A stretch of 29,762 nucleotides of DNA from Hadesarchaea archaeon (GTDB lineage: Archaea; Hadarchaeota; Hadarchaeia; Hadarchaeales; WYZ-LMO6), in contig JAPDJF010000016.1 in assembly GCA_029259185.1 (NCBI GenBank), forward strand, positions 1 through 29,762. Direction: 5' to 3'. The notes under the pieces were generated by a model. The model had not been told where the DNA came from. It made no database searches and was given only the letters and a program-made list of their open reading frames with translations. Within the stretch, counting starts at the first letter, position 1. Each line of letters begins with the position of its first letter. The position numbers and the translations under genes are program-made. This document shows positions 9,258 through 19,545 of this stretch, piece by piece.

Positions 9258-10421
9258 ATGAGAGAATTTGATGTGATAGTTGTCGGGGGAGGTCCTGCAG
9301 GATTGATGGCTGCTAGGAAAGCCGCTGAGAGAGGGGCTAAAACAATCCTTTTAGAGAGGGAGTATGCTCTTGGCACCAAAGCTTGTGGTGAGGCGATTTC
9401 GATCTCCACGATAAAGGATGCTGGGGTGAAGCCGAAGTCAAAGTTTTTGAGAAACCGTGTGGATGTGTTTCGGGTTCATGCACCGGATGAAGAGAAATAC
9501 ATAGACATCCACACGAAAAAACTGGGCTCCGCAGGGTATGTGATAGAAAAGGCCGTTTTCCTCAGGGAGCTGGCCCACCTCGCGAGCCGAGAGGGAGCCC
9601 GAATATCGATGGGCACTCCAGCCATCGATTTCGAGAAAAAAGCAAACGGATGGAAGGTGCTTGCGAAAGAGAGTGGAAAATCGCTCGTGTTGAGCGGAAA
9701 GATTTTAATAGGGTGTGACGGGGTGAACTCCTCCGTGGCGAAAAAATTTTTCAGGAGAGAAAGGTTTGCTGTCGTTTCCTGCTTTCAATACAGAATGGTG
9801 AATTGTAAGCTGCAGAACCCACACATGCTCGAGGCGTATTTGGGTCGGGAGGTTGCTCCTCTTGGTTACGCATGGATGTTCCCCAAAGATCTGGAAGAGG
9901 TGAATGTGGGGATAGGCACCCGCGGTGTTCCAGCGAGGTATTATCTTGACAGGTTCGTGAAATCTCATCCCGAGATATTCGAAGGGGCTAATGTGGTGGA
10001 AATTCAAGCAGCCCCCGTTCCCGTGGGTGGAGAAGTTAGAGAAGTTGTGGGGGATGGAATACTCCTATGCGGAGATGCAGCCGGACAGGTGATCCCCCTT
10101 ACCGGGGGGGGTATCCACTCCTCAATCGTGGCAGGAAAGATAGCCGGTGAGGTAGCAGGAGAGGCGATCGAGGAAGGGGTGGACTTGGATGAATACCCGA
10201 AGCGATATTCGAGCTGGAGTAAGCGTATCTCGAACAGCCTAAAAGCCCTTCGCCTCATCGAGAGGCTGAGCGACTCTGAACTCAACCAGTTAGCAGGAGT
10301 TCTGACGGGAGAAGATATAGTCGACCTAGCGAATGGGATGAACTTGAGGCGTGTAGGGAAAAAGCTGCTCAGGCATCCGCGTTTCGCCGTTCGCCTGGCT
10401 AGATCTCTTCTAAAGGGGTGA
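9258..10421 (+). CDS. Digeranylgeranylglycerophospholipid reductase (geranylgeranyl reductase family)
   Basis: DVIVVGGGPAG FAD motif, KACGEAIS, APLGYAWMFPK and GDAAGQVIPLTGGGI. Lies upstream of GGGP synthase and egsA. Alternative start at 9237. Confidence 0.9.
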   Translation: MREFDVIVVGGGPAGLMAARKAAERGAKTILLEREYALGTKACGEAISISTIKDAGVKPKSKFLRNRVDVFRVHAPDEEKYIDIHTKKLGSAGYVIEKAVFLRELAHLASREGARISMGTPAIDFEKKANGWKVLAKESGKSLVLSGKILIGCDGVNSSVAKKFFRRERFAVVSCFQYRMVNCKLQNPHMLEAYLGREVAPLGYAWMFPKDLEEVNVGIGTRGVPARYYLDRFVKSHPEIFEGANVVEIQAAPVPVGGEVREVVGDGILLCGDAAGQVIPLTGGGIHSSIVAGKIAGEVAGEAIEEGVDLDEYPKRYSSWSKRISNSLKALRLIERLSDSELNQLAGVLTGEDIVDLANGMNLRRVGKKLLRHPRFAVRLARSLLKG

Positions 10422-10425
10422 ATCA

Positions 10426-11178
10426 GTGGGCCAGGTGGAGGAGTACTTGTCTGAGAAACTCAAAAACGGGTCGATACACCTCACGTTGATCGACCCAGAA
10501 AAAACTGGGGGGGATGTAGCATCCACTATTTGCAAGTCAGCGGAGGAGGCCGGAACTTCGGCCATCCTCGTTGGGGGATCTACTTTGGTGGCATCAGAAC
10601 AACTGGATGACACCGTAAAAAATGTGAAGGCATCGGTGGGGATTCCGGTTATCTTGTTTCCGAATAACATTTCCGGTATAAGCAGGTTCGCCGATGCTAT
10701 TTTCTTCATGTCATTGCTGAATTCTTCGAGCACGTATTTTTTGATAGATGCCCAAGCGTTGGGTGCTCCCCTCGTCCGGAAATATGGTCTTGAGGCTATT
10801 CCTGTCGGATACCTCGTGTTGGGGGGTGGCACGACGGTAGGGTTCGTTGGGCAAGCAAGACCAATGCCATTGACCAAAGGAGAACTCGCGGGTGCATACG
10901 CGCTCGCCGCTCAGTACTTGGGAATGCATTTCATTTATCTCGAAGCTGGATCTGGAGCTCCAGAGCCGGTACCTCCAAAGACGATAGCAATCGTGAAAAA
11001 GCTGACGGATATTCCGATCATCGTTGGGGGGGGAATAAAAACGGGTGAAGACGCGAGGAGAGTGGTAAAAGCGGGAGCCGATGTTGTTGTAACGGGTACC
11101 GTGGTGGAAGAAGCCGAAAACGTAGGGGAAAAGATAGGTGAAATAGTGAGTGCTATTGAAGAAAGTTCTCAGAGGTAA
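10426..11178 (+). CDS. Geranylgeranylglyceryl phosphate synthase (PcrB-like family)
   Basis: HLTLIDPEK, ILVGGST, FMSLLNS, YLEAGSGA and IVGGGI motifs. Confidence 0.95.
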   Translation: MGQVEEYLSEKLKNGSIHLTLIDPEKTGGDVASTICKSAEEAGTSAILVGGSTLVASEQLDDTVKNVKASVGIPVILFPNNISGISRFADAIFFMSLLNSSSTYFLIDAQALGAPLVRKYGLEAIPVGYLVLGGGTTVGFVGQARPMPLTKGELAGAYALAAQYLGMHFIYLEAGSGAPEPVPPKTIAIVKKLTDIPIIVGGGIKTGEDARRVVKAGADVVVTGTVVEEAENVGEKIGEIVSAIEESSQR

Positions 11179-11184
11179 CCATAC

Positions 11185-12228
11185 TTGAATTCAGTTCACA
11201 CAATCGATCTTCCCACCAAAGTGATAGTTGGGGAAGGAGTACTCAAGCAAGTGGGAGATATATGTAGGGGGATGGGCTACCGACACAAGATTTTGGTCCT
11301 CTCCGGTCCCCACACCAGAACACTTGTGGCAGAAACTGTACTCGACTCACTCAGGGAAGCTAGCTTCGATACCACAGACATGACAGTCGAAGGTGCCCCT
11401 GCTGAACACGTGATGGATGAGATCAAAAGAATTAGTCCATCCCTAGTGGTTGGGGTTGGAGGCGGAAAGGTTATAGATGTCGCAAAATATGCCTCCTATA
11501 GGACTGGAGTTCCTTTCGTGAGTGTTCCCACGGCTGCATCCCACGATGGAATCGCGAGCCCAATGGCTTCTCTGAAATCGCTTGGACCGATCTCGATCAC
11601 AGCGAGAGCGCCTGTGGTAATTTTGGCTGATACGGAGGTGATAAGTCGTTCTCCATACCGGCTCACAGCCAGTGGATGCGGAGACCTAATAGCCAAGTTC
11701 ACAGCGGTTCGGGACTGGAAGCTTGCCTATCGTGAAAGGGGCGAATACTACGGAGACTATGCAGCGAACTTGGCCCTTATGAGTGCCGAGGTTATTGCTC
11801 GAAACTCAAAGGTCATCCGGGAGAATTCAGTCGAGGGAATCAGAACGGTCGTGGAAGCTCTGATCAGTAGTGGAGTAGCGATGTGTATAGCTGGTAGCTC
11901 AAGACCTTGTAGCGGATCTGAACACCTATTTGCGCATGCTTTAGACCTAATAGCCCCAGATCGCTCACTCCATGGGGAGAGGTGTGGAGTGGGAACGATT
12001 CTAATGGCATATCTCCATCGCATGAATTGGAGAAGGATAAAGAAAGTCCTTGAGGAGATAGGTGCCCCCACCACAGCCGACGAACTCCGCGTCGAGCCGG
12101 AGCATATCGTGGATGCTGTGGTTCGAGCGAGGAAGCTCAGACCAGATAGGTTCACTATTTTGGAAAAGAGGAAAATAACTGAAGAGAAAGCCCTAAGAAT
12201 AGCAAAAGCAACGGGAGTCATCCCATAA
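11185..12228 (+). CDS. egsA: sn-glycerol-1-phosphate dehydrogenase
   Basis: GVGGGKVIDVAK, PTAASHDGIAS, SRPCSGSEHLFAHALD and LHGERCG motifs. Confidence 0.96.
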   Translation: MNSVHTIDLPTKVIVGEGVLKQVGDICRGMGYRHKILVLSGPHTRTLVAETVLDSLREASFDTTDMTVEGAPAEHVMDEIKRISPSLVVGVGGGKVIDVAKYASYRTGVPFVSVPTAASHDGIASPMASLKSLGPISITARAPVVILADTEVISRSPYRLTASGCGDLIAKFTAVRDWKLAYRERGEYYGDYAANLALMSAEVIARNSKVIRENSVEGIRTVVEALISSGVAMCIAGSSRPCSGSEHLFAHALDLIAPDRSLHGERCGVGTILMAYLHRMNWRRIKKVLEEIGAPTTADELRVEPEHIVDAVVRARKLRPDRFTILEKRKITEEKALRIAKATGVIP

Positions 12229-12246
12229 GGAGCCTTGATCAAATTT

Positions 12247-12278
12247 GTTCTCAGGAGCTGGTTCAGCTTCTAGAGAAC
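12247..12278. terminator. Hairpin between the convergent egsA and hflX genes (possible bidirectional terminator or processing signal)
   Basis: GTTCTC-AGGAGCTG-GTT-CAGCTTCT-A-GAGAAC: 14-bp stem with one G-T pair and one bulged A. Confidence 0.35.
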
Positions 12279-12336
12279 AGCAGTAGCTCCACTCTTCATA
12301 CCCATCTCCACTTCCCAGAAAATGTGCTCGCGGATA

Positions 12337-13410
12337 TTACTGGCTACAAAGTGCTTGACTTCCAAAAACTTCTTGCCTGATTACTTCTAGCAATCCGCCG
12401 ATATTTATTTTCTCTTTCGCCGAGATCGGGATCACCGGACGAGAAATCTTACCTAGAATCTCCATTTTCCTCTCTAATTCCTCTGAGGGGATAACGTCTA
12501 TCTTGTTCAAGGCCACTACGATCCGCAAGTCATGATCTCTTAAGATGTCCAATGAGACCTTAAGTTTCCTCAGTATCTCCGGAAGTGTTTCTCTTCCGTC
12601 TACCACCAACACCACGAGATCTGCGAAATATATGTCTTCCAGCGTTGCTTTAAAAGCCTCGACTAGCCATGGAGGTAATCCATCAATGAACCCGACTGGG
12701 TCGGTCACTAGAATTTTTTCGCTTCCCTTTATGGCTCGGGTACGGGATGTGAGAGTGGTGAAGAACCTATCGTCCACTTCAACGCTGGAATCTGTCAACG
12801 TGTTTAAGAGAGTAGATTTACCGGCATTCGTGTATCCGGCTAGAGCAACGAGCTTAAATCCTCCACGGCGCCGTTTGACTCTCCGTTGATCTCTGACTTC
12901 TGCTAGTGACTCAAGCTTTTTTCTAAGGGTCGCCATCCTCCGCCGGATCATGTCAAAGTAGATGTCCACTTCATATTCTCCTCTGCCGCGCAAACCAGGT
13001 TGTTCAACTGACATTAGACTTCGAACTCTCTCTTTTACTCTCGGGAGTTCATAGCTCAGCCTGGCGTATTCCACTTGGAGCTTTGCTTCGGGAGAACCCG
13101 CTCTCTTCGCGAAAATCTCCAAAATGAGTTGGAACCTATCAATGACTTCCACCCCTATGGCCTTATACAAGTTAAAGGCTTGGGACGGTGTGAGCTGATT
13201 CGTGAAGATCACTCTCTCAGCTCGTGTTCTTTTCACGAGCTCTGCTACTTCAACGACTTTTCCTCTCCCTATATGGAATGCTGGATCGGGAACTCTTGAC
13301 TGAACGAGTTTTCCGACCACTTCGTAGTCTAACGTTTGAGCCAGCGCCTCCAGCTCATCCAGGTTTGACCTCTCTCCTGGGGTTATCCTCTCCACGAGCA
13401 CAACACGCAT
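12337..13410 (-). CDS. hflX: GTPase HflX
   Basis: Start MRVVLVE at 13410. IDRFQLILEIFAKRA, EAKLQVE, G1 AGYTNAGKST, F-TL switch, D-VGF and NKID. Confidence 0.95.
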   Translation of the reverse strand: MRVVLVERITPGERSNLDELEALAQTLDYEVVGKLVQSRVPDPAFHIGRGKVVEVAELVKRTRAERVIFTNQLTPSQAFNLYKAIGVEVIDRFQLILEIFAKRAGSPEAKLQVEYARLSYELPRVKERVRSLMSVEQPGLRGRGEYEVDIYFDMIRRRMATLRKKLESLAEVRDQRRVKRRRGGFKLVALAGYTNAGKSTLLNTLTDSSVEVDDRFFTTLTSRTRAIKGSEKILVTDPVGFIDGLPPWLVEAFKATLEDIYFADLVVLVVDGRETLPEILRKLKVSLDILRDHDLRIVVALNKIDVIPSEELERKMEILGKISRPVIPISAKEKINIGGLLEVIRQEVFGSQALCSQ

Positions 13411-13445
13411 TCGTATTAAAATAATTCCATCTAAAAAAAAGATTG

Positions 13446-15206
13446 ATGAAGAGATTGTTGATCCTCGTCTCTCTAACAATCTTGGCGAGTTTTGTTTCTA
13501 CACACTACCCGGTGAGAGGCTCTATCTTCACAGCCTCTTCTCCGTGTTATAAATCCGTAGAAGTAGAATTTCGAATGAATCAAGATCGAACTGTTTTAGT
13601 GGAGGAAAATTACATTCTATACCTCCCGAAACGGTTGGGGGGGCTCACCGTAGAGCATCTGATCCCTTCTGGAAGCGTAGAAAACATTGAGGTCAAAAGT
13701 GAGGCTGGAAAGGTGAGCTGGGAAAAGCGAGCCGAAAACGATGGCACATGTCTTTCAATAAAAATCGATTTTCCCTCTGGATATGTAGGGGATCTCAGGT
13801 ACTCTGTTTCCTATCTCGCTGGTGGACTCGTCTCGGGAAGTGGCCCACGCTATGAGGCGAGGCTCGGTGGTGTACAGTTGGGGGCTGAGAGCTACCCATA
13901 CGAAGAGTACACCGTGAGAGTTCAGGGGCCTCTTGGGTCGAGAGTTTTCTATTACGAGCCATCTGAGGTGGAGGTCAGCGATACCGAGCCTCCGACCCTT
14001 GAGTATCGAACTTCCCTGAATCCTTCCGAGAGTTTTGGTGGGGTCCTTGCGGCTTTCTACTACACACCAGCTTATTACAAACTCTCCCTAGTGGAGACGA
14101 TATGTAATAGGGAGGAGGAGCCGTCAGATCTTCTCTTGGATATTCTCCTGTTCAGTCACGGAGAGTCCCAGTTCGCAGCACTTGTGGATTCTGATCCCGA
14201 GTTGGGATCTATCCACCAAGATGAAGAGAACAACTGGTACGGGAGCTTAAAGCTCAAGCTCGGGCCACACGAGAATCGATCCATAACGTTAGAAATCGTC
14301 TGGATGTGTAACATCCATTCACCCGAGATTTCCGTAGAGAACGCTGGAAACATTGGGGAGATTCCACCCCAACTGTCTACCTATTTAGAGGAAACCAAGT
14401 GGTGGGAGGTCAAAGATCCGCGCATTCGATACGCGTCTGCTGAGATTTTGAGTGGAGAGAAAAATGTCTATCTAGTCGCCCGAAGGCTGGTGAGCGGAGT
14501 AGAAAAACTTGTGGAGTACACCCCCACACCCGAACGCCAAGGGGCACTGCAAACTCTCTTGAGAGGAAAGGGCGACTGTGACTGCTTCAGCGACCTCTTG
14601 ATCGCATTAGCTCGTGCCGCTGGCCTCCCCGCACGCCTCTCTTTTGGTTGGATTTATCAGGAGAACAAAGCTGGAAGCCACGCTTGGGCAGAACTGTATG
14701 TACCAACCGCTGGTTGGCAACCCGTAGACCCAACTTGGTGTGGAAACTCGGACAAATACCTTTTCAAGATCGACCCTATCCACATCCTCAGGTGCAGGCG
14801 AGGGCTGACTTCTTCTGACTCTTACATCACCAAGACCTACTATGGGGGAAATCCAAAAATTTTGGGGGAGAACGTGAACATATCTTACCTCTCCATTGAT
14901 GAAGCGGCTCATGAGTTCATCAAGGCTGCTGAGGTGACCTATCGGATAGCAGCGGCTTTGGCTGGGGAAGAAGTGATCGAGCTTTTACTGGCCAAGCGAA
15001 AATTAGATGAGGCCCGCTCGGCCCACGGAGAGGAAAGTATTGGTTTAGCCTTGGAGTCGATTCGATATTCAAATGAGATACTCATGGAGTACGGAGAACC
15101 ACTCAAGCTTCCGCCTAGAGTACCGTGGTGGGTACTCCCCCTCCTAGCTGTGGGGATAGTTGGTGCTGGAGCGATAATCTTGGCGAGCTTGCGCTCAAGA
15201 AGGTAG
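13446..15206 (+). CDS. Secreted, C-terminally membrane-anchored transglutaminase-like domain protein
   Basis: Signal peptide MKRLLILV...; Cys-His-Asp triad in GDCDCFSDLLIALARAAGLPAR...HAWAE...WQPVDPT; C-terminal TM with a basic tail (RSRR). Confidence 0.85.
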   Translation: MKRLLILVSLTILASFVSTHYPVRGSIFTASSPCYKSVEVEFRMNQDRTVLVEENYILYLPKRLGGLTVEHLIPSGSVENIEVKSEAGKVSWEKRAENDGTCLSIKIDFPSGYVGDLRYSVSYLAGGLVSGSGPRYEARLGGVQLGAESYPYEEYTVRVQGPLGSRVFYYEPSEVEVSDTEPPTLEYRTSLNPSESFGGVLAAFYYTPAYYKLSLVETICNREEEPSDLLLDILLFSHGESQFAALVDSDPELGSIHQDEENNWYGSLKLKLGPHENRSITLEIVWMCNIHSPEISVENAGNIGEIPPQLSTYLEETKWWEVKDPRIRYASAEILSGEKNVYLVARRLVSGVEKLVEYTPTPERQGALQTLLRGKGDCDCFSDLLIALARAAGLPARLSFGWIYQENKAGSHAWAELYVPTAGWQPVDPTWCGNSDKYLFKIDPIHILRCRRGLTSSDSYITKTYYGGNPKILGENVNISYLSIDEAAHEFIKAAEVTYRIAAALAGEEVIELLLAKRKLDEARSAHGEESIGLALESIRYSNEILMEYGEPLKLPPRVPWWVLPLLAVGIVGAGAIILASLRSRR

Positions 15207-15208
15207 AC

Positions 15209-16579
15209 TCACCGCCCTATTTTAGGGATGCCTTCTAGGGATTTCTTCACGAGTTCTTCAGGATATTCGTAGTCCTGTAGTTTTCCTTGGAGATACGAAT
15301 CGTAAGCTCCGAGGTCGAGTAACCCATGCCCACTGTTGTTGAAGAACAGAACCTTCTCTTCACCCTTCTCCTTGCACTTCAAGGCTTCATCTATCAAAGC
15401 TTTTAGGGCATGAGCGGTCTCCGGTGCTACGAGGAAACCTTCCGTTCTTGCAAATGTCAGAGCTGCCTTAAAAACTTCGGTCTGATCATACGCTACAGCT
15501 TCGATTATCCCTTCGTTCACGAGCTTACACAAGAGAGGTGCATCACCATGATATCGCAACCCCCCCGCGTGAATTGGTGGTGGTACAAAGGTGTGGCCTA
15601 GGGTATACATCTTTAGTAAAGGGGTTTGCTCTGCAGCATCCCCAAAATCATAAGTATAAGGACCTTTGGTCAAAGTCGGACAGACCTTCGGCTCACATGC
15701 GACCACCCGCAGATCGGGCTTCCTACCGCTGAGCTTGTCCATCAAGAACGGAAAACATGCTCCGGAAAAATTGCTTCCTCCCCCAACACAACCGAAGATA
15801 ACATCTGGGTACTCACCAATTGATTTGAATTGTTCCTTGGCCTCTAGCCCTATAACCGTTTGATGGAGTAAAACGTGATTCAGCACGCTTCCTAGCGAGT
15901 ATTTGGTGTCCTCGTGAGTCGCTGCATCCTCGATCGCTTCTGATATAGCTATCCCTAGGCTTCCCGGGCAGTTCGGGTCGTCTTGAAGGATTTTCTTGCC
16001 GAACTTCGTTTTGGTGCTTGGACTCGGTATACACTCCGCCCCCCAAGCCTCCATGAGAACTCTGCGATAAGGTTTCTGCTCGTAGCTTATCTTGACCATG
16101 TATATCGTGCATTTGAGTCCGAAAAGCATCGTGCCGAACGCTAGAGCACTCCCCCACTGTCCAGCTCCAGTCTCCGTGGTGAGTCTGCTTATTTCCTCCT
16201 CCCTGTTATAGTAAGCCTGAGCCACCGCCGTGTTCGGCTTGTGGCTACCGGGCGGGCTCACCCCCTCCCACTTATAGTATATCTTTGCCGGTGTTTTGAG
16301 GAACTTCTCAAGTCTAATAGCCCTGCACATCGGTGTGGGTCTCCACAACATGTAAACTTCACGGACTTCTTCGGGGATTTTGATCCATCTCTCTTGGCTC
16401 ACCTCCTGGGCGATCAGGGCCTTCGGGAATATGGGTTCTAGATCGTGGGGTTTAATGGGTTCACCTGTGGCCGGATTCAAAGGTGGGTCGAGAGGGGATG
16501 GTAAGTCAGCTTGGATGTTATACCATCTTTTTGGTATACGATCCTCGTCCAGCAATATCTTAGTTCTTTCGCCGGCCAT
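15209..16579 (-). CDS. trpB2: TrpB-like PLP enzyme (tryptophan synthase beta chain 2)
   Basis: [51 protein letters not shown] and SGHGLLDL. No trpA nearby. Confidence 0.95.
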   Translation of the reverse strand: MAGERTKILLDEDRIPKRWYNIQADLPSPLDPPLNPATGEPIKPHDLEPIFPKALIAQEVSQERWIKIPEEVREVYMLWRPTPMCRAIRLEKFLKTPAKIYYKWEGVSPPGSHKPNTAVAQAYYNREEEISRLTTETGAGQWGSALAFGTMLFGLKCTIYMVKISYEQKPYRRVLMEAWGAECIPSPSTKTKFGKKILQDDPNCPGSLGIAISEAIEDAATHEDTKYSLGSVLNHVLLHQTVIGLEAKEQFKSIGEYPDVIFGCVGGGSNFSGACFPFLMDKLSGRKPDLRVVACEPKVCPTLTKGPYTYDFGDAAEQTPLLKMYTLGHTFVPPPIHAGGLRYHGDAPLLCKLVNEGIIEAVAYDQTEVFKAALTFARTEGFLVAPETAHALKALIDEALKCKEKGEEKVLFFNNSGHGLLDLGAYDSYLQGKLQDYEYPEELVKKSLEGIPKIGR

Positions 16580-16653
16580 AAGCCTGAGTAATTAATCTCC
16601 TTTTTTTTTAAGTTTTTGTACAAATATGACCTCTAACGATAAAAAGTGCGGGG

Positions 16654-17283
16654 TCACTTCCTTCCTAGGAGTGAGACGAGAAATTCGCGGGTGCGGGTTC
16701 CGAGGCCTAATGTCTCCGCTTTCAGAAGATCTCCCGCTTCATCCACGTCCACGCTGATAGTGGGGGAGCTGTAGACTTTGGGCCTAATACCTACCTTCAC
16801 GCTTTCGGCCACATGGAGTGGAAAGCTCTTGCCTCCGAATTTTAAGTCGATCAGATCGGGAGGGCGCAGAAACAGTGCGTTCGTCCCCCCAGTCCTAGAG
16901 GGAGCTATCACCACCTCTTTGTCCGAAGTGACCATTCCGAGCATGTTTTCCAAATCAACAGACTTAATGAAAGGCAAATCAGCTGGCAACATCAGGACTT
17001 CCCTTGCTCCCCTCTCCATGATGTTCTGAACCGCAAGCCTCATCGCATCGTTTAAGTCCAGACCCGGTTCTTTGAGGCCTTCGGCTCCGAACCTTGAAGC
17101 GAATTTTAAAACATCCTCGTCCGGAGAGACGACTACCGTGTTCATACCAAAATCTCGTAAGACAGTGAGTACATCGGCTAACATAGATAATACGAGCTCT
17201 TTTCTTTGATCAGGTGTCAAGATTTCCCGAAAACTCGATTTGGCTTCCTCCAGAGACTTTACCGGTATTACTGCCCAAACCAT
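16654..17283 (-). CDS. cofC: 2-phospho-L-lactate/phosphoenolpyruvate guanylyltransferase
   Basis: AVIPVK..AKS, LPADLP, GGTNALFL and DVDE motifs; sits in the F420 cluster. Confidence 0.93.
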   Translation of the reverse strand: MVWAVIPVKSLEEAKSSFREILTPDQRKELVLSMLADVLTVLRDFGMNTVVVSPDEDVLKFASRFGAEGLKEPGLDLNDAMRLAVQNIMERGAREVLMLPADLPFIKSVDLENMLGMVTSDKEVVIAPSRTGGTNALFLRPPDLIDLKFGGKSFPLHVAESVKVGIRPKVYSSPTISVDVDEAGDLLKAETLGLGTRTREFLVSLLGRK

Positions 17284-17324
17284 AGCCCACCATTCTTCTT
17301 AGGAATTTATCCGTTTTAATTGGA

Positions 17325-18461
17325 GTGCGGATAATAGATAAGGAAAGGACGACAAACTCTTGTGGTCAAATGTGTTGTGCTAGTCCGAGGCCCACACTCC
17401 GAACGATTACCTCCCGAAGCCGAGCACTAAAAGGAGGAGAGATTGAGAAGAAAGTGATTACCTACTCAACCAACGTCTTTCTTCCCATCACCAACTTATG
17501 TAGGAACCGGTGCTCCTATTGTGGGTTCAGAAAAGACCAAGATGAGGCGTGGTTTCTTTCGCCCGAGGAGATCGTACGTCTCGCGGAACTTGGAAAAGAA
17601 CTCGGGTGCTCCGAGGCGTTGATCACCTTGGGTGAAAAGCCGGAGGTTCACGAAGTGGCTAGGGAAAAACTGGAGGAGTTCGGGTATTCTTCCACAATTG
17701 AATACTTAGAAGATCTCTGTAAGCGCATCCTCGCGATTGGGTTGCTCCCCCATACGAACGCTGGGGTACTGGAAGAAAGAGAGTTGAAGAGGTTGCGCAG
17801 GTACAATGCGAGCATGGGACTGATGCTCGAATGTATAGCCGATCTTCCCGCTCACGCCTTAAGTCCTGGAAAGAGACCGCTCACACGCTTCCGGGTGATA
17901 GAAACGGCTGGGAAATTGAGGATACCGTTCACCACGGGAGTGCTGGTCGGGATAGGAGAAACCCCCCAGGCAAGGGTAGAGTCCATTCTCGCCATCAGAG
18001 ATATCCATCGGAAATATGGTCACATCCAAGAGATCATCATCCAACCTTTCGTTCCTCATCCTAGAACCCCTATGGAAAATTACCCCACTCCAGCTGAATC
18101 AGATTTTTTTTGGGTAGTCCAAAAGGCCAGAAGCATTGTACCCGAAATGAGCATTCAAGTGCCACCAAACCTCCTCACCCGCTGGGGCCCAATAGAAGAA
18201 GTCGTGAGAGAAGCCGTGTGGGCTGGGGCCAACGACTTCGGTGGGATTTCTCCTTTCACCCCAGATTTTATTAACCCCTCCCATCCTTGGCCATCGATGG
18301 AAGAACTCGAAAACGCGGTGCGAGCTTGTGGTTTTATCCTTCGAGAGAGATTACCGATTTATCCCGAATATGCAGTAGATCCGAGGTTTACTTCCCCAGA
18401 GGTAAGAGCCGTCCTCCGAGAGTTGGCTGATGAAGAGGGATATCGTGCTCGCCAAGCTTAA
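17325..18461 (+). CDS. cofG: FO synthase subunit CofG (radical SAM)
   Basis: ITYSTNVFLPITNLCRNRCSYCGFR, LLPHTNAG, SMGLMLE, PFTTGVLVGIGET, QVPPNL and DFINPSHPWP. Start uncertain (17325 or 17370). Confidence 0.94.
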   Translation: MRIIDKERTTNSCGQMCCASPRPTLRTITSRSRALKGGEIEKKVITYSTNVFLPITNLCRNRCSYCGFRKDQDEAWFLSPEEIVRLAELGKELGCSEALITLGEKPEVHEVAREKLEEFGYSSTIEYLEDLCKRILAIGLLPHTNAGVLEERELKRLRRYNASMGLMLECIADLPAHALSPGKRPLTRFRVIETAGKLRIPFTTGVLVGIGETPQARVESILAIRDIHRKYGHIQEIIIQPFVPHPRTPMENYPTPAESDFFWVVQKARSIVPEMSIQVPPNLLTRWGPIEEVVREAVWAGANDFGGISPFTPDFINPSHPWPSMEELENAVRACGFILRERLPIYPEYAVDPRFTSPEVRAVLRELADEEGYRARQA

Positions 18462-19545
18462 AACCGATACTTTGAAGATTCTCAAGCGTGCTCTCGAAGG
18501 AGAAGAGTTGAGTCTTACGGAGGTTGAGTACTTGTTGCGAGGAAAGGAAAACGAGCTACCGATCTTGGTAAGAGTCGCTGATGAGATAAGGAAAAGAAGA
18601 GTCGGTGATATCGTAACCTACGTAAAAAACAGGAACATCAACCACACAAATGTTTGCTCGAGCGCTTGCAAATTTTGTGCTTTCGGGAGAGGGGAGAAAA
18701 ACCCTGATGCGTATGTTCTCTCTCCTACCGAGATAAGGGCCAAGGTTCGGGAAGCCCTAGAATTCGGAGTTACGGAGATATGCATCCAAGGTGGACTACA
18801 TCCGGGGATCGGAATAGATGATTACATCTCGATCCTTAAGGCCGTAAGGGAAGAGAGCAAAAAGGTTCATATCCATGCATTTTCCCCGGCTGAACTTTTG
18901 CACGTGGCTAAGAGGGAAGGAGTGGAGGTCGAGGAAGTGATTCGGATCCTGAAAAAGGAGGGATTGAACTCCGTTCCAGGAACAGCTGCCGAGATATTGT
19001 CGGATAGGGTCAGGAGAATAATATGCCCGGAAAAGCCTACCAAGGAGGAGTGGATAAGAGCAGTGAAAACTTGTCATGAGTTGGGAGTGCCAACGACCGC
19101 CACCATGATGTACGGGCACTTAGAAACTCCCAAGGAAATGGCTGAACACCTCTTCACTATCCGTGAAATACAGATGGAAACTCGGGGGTTCACAGAGTTC
19201 GTTCTGCTACCATTTGTGCCATTCAACACTTCGCTCTGGCGTAGCGGACTCGTACCTTCTCCTCCAAGTACCCCTCAAAACCTACGTGTGCATGCGGTTT
19301 CGAGAATAGTGCTCGATGGATCGGTGAACAACATTCAAGCGTCTTGGGTGAAGCTTGGAAGGACGCGTGCTAAGCTCATGCTGGTTGCGGGTGCGAATGA
19401 CCTCGGGGGGACCCTTATGGAAGAAAACATAACGAGGGCAGCGGGAGGCAAACTGCAGATGATGACCCCGCAGGAGTTTCATCAGATGATTTTGGAGGTA
19501 GGAAGGATCCCTCGAGAACGCACTACAACCTACCACCTACTTTGA
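18430..19545 (+). CDS. cofH: FO synthase subunit CofH (radical SAM)
   Basis: VTYVKNRNINHTNVCSSACKFCAF, PGTAAEIL, TATMMYGH, NIQASWVKLG and DLGGTLMEENI. Confidence 0.94.
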   Translation: MKRDIVLAKLKTDTLKILKRALEGEELSLTEVEYLLRGKENELPILVRVADEIRKRRVGDIVTYVKNRNINHTNVCSSACKFCAFGRGEKNPDAYVLSPTEIRAKVREALEFGVTEICIQGGLHPGIGIDDYISILKAVREESKKVHIHAFSPAELLHVAKREGVEVEEVIRILKKEGLNSVPGTAAEILSDRVRRIICPEKPTKEEWIRAVKTCHELGVPTTATMMYGHLETPKEMAEHLFTIREIQMETRGFTEFVLLPFVPFNTSLWRSGLVPSPPSTPQNLRVHAVSRIVLDGSVNNIQASWVKLGRTRAKLMLVAGANDLGGTLMEENITRAAGGKLQMMTPQEFHQMILEVGRIPRERTTTYHLL

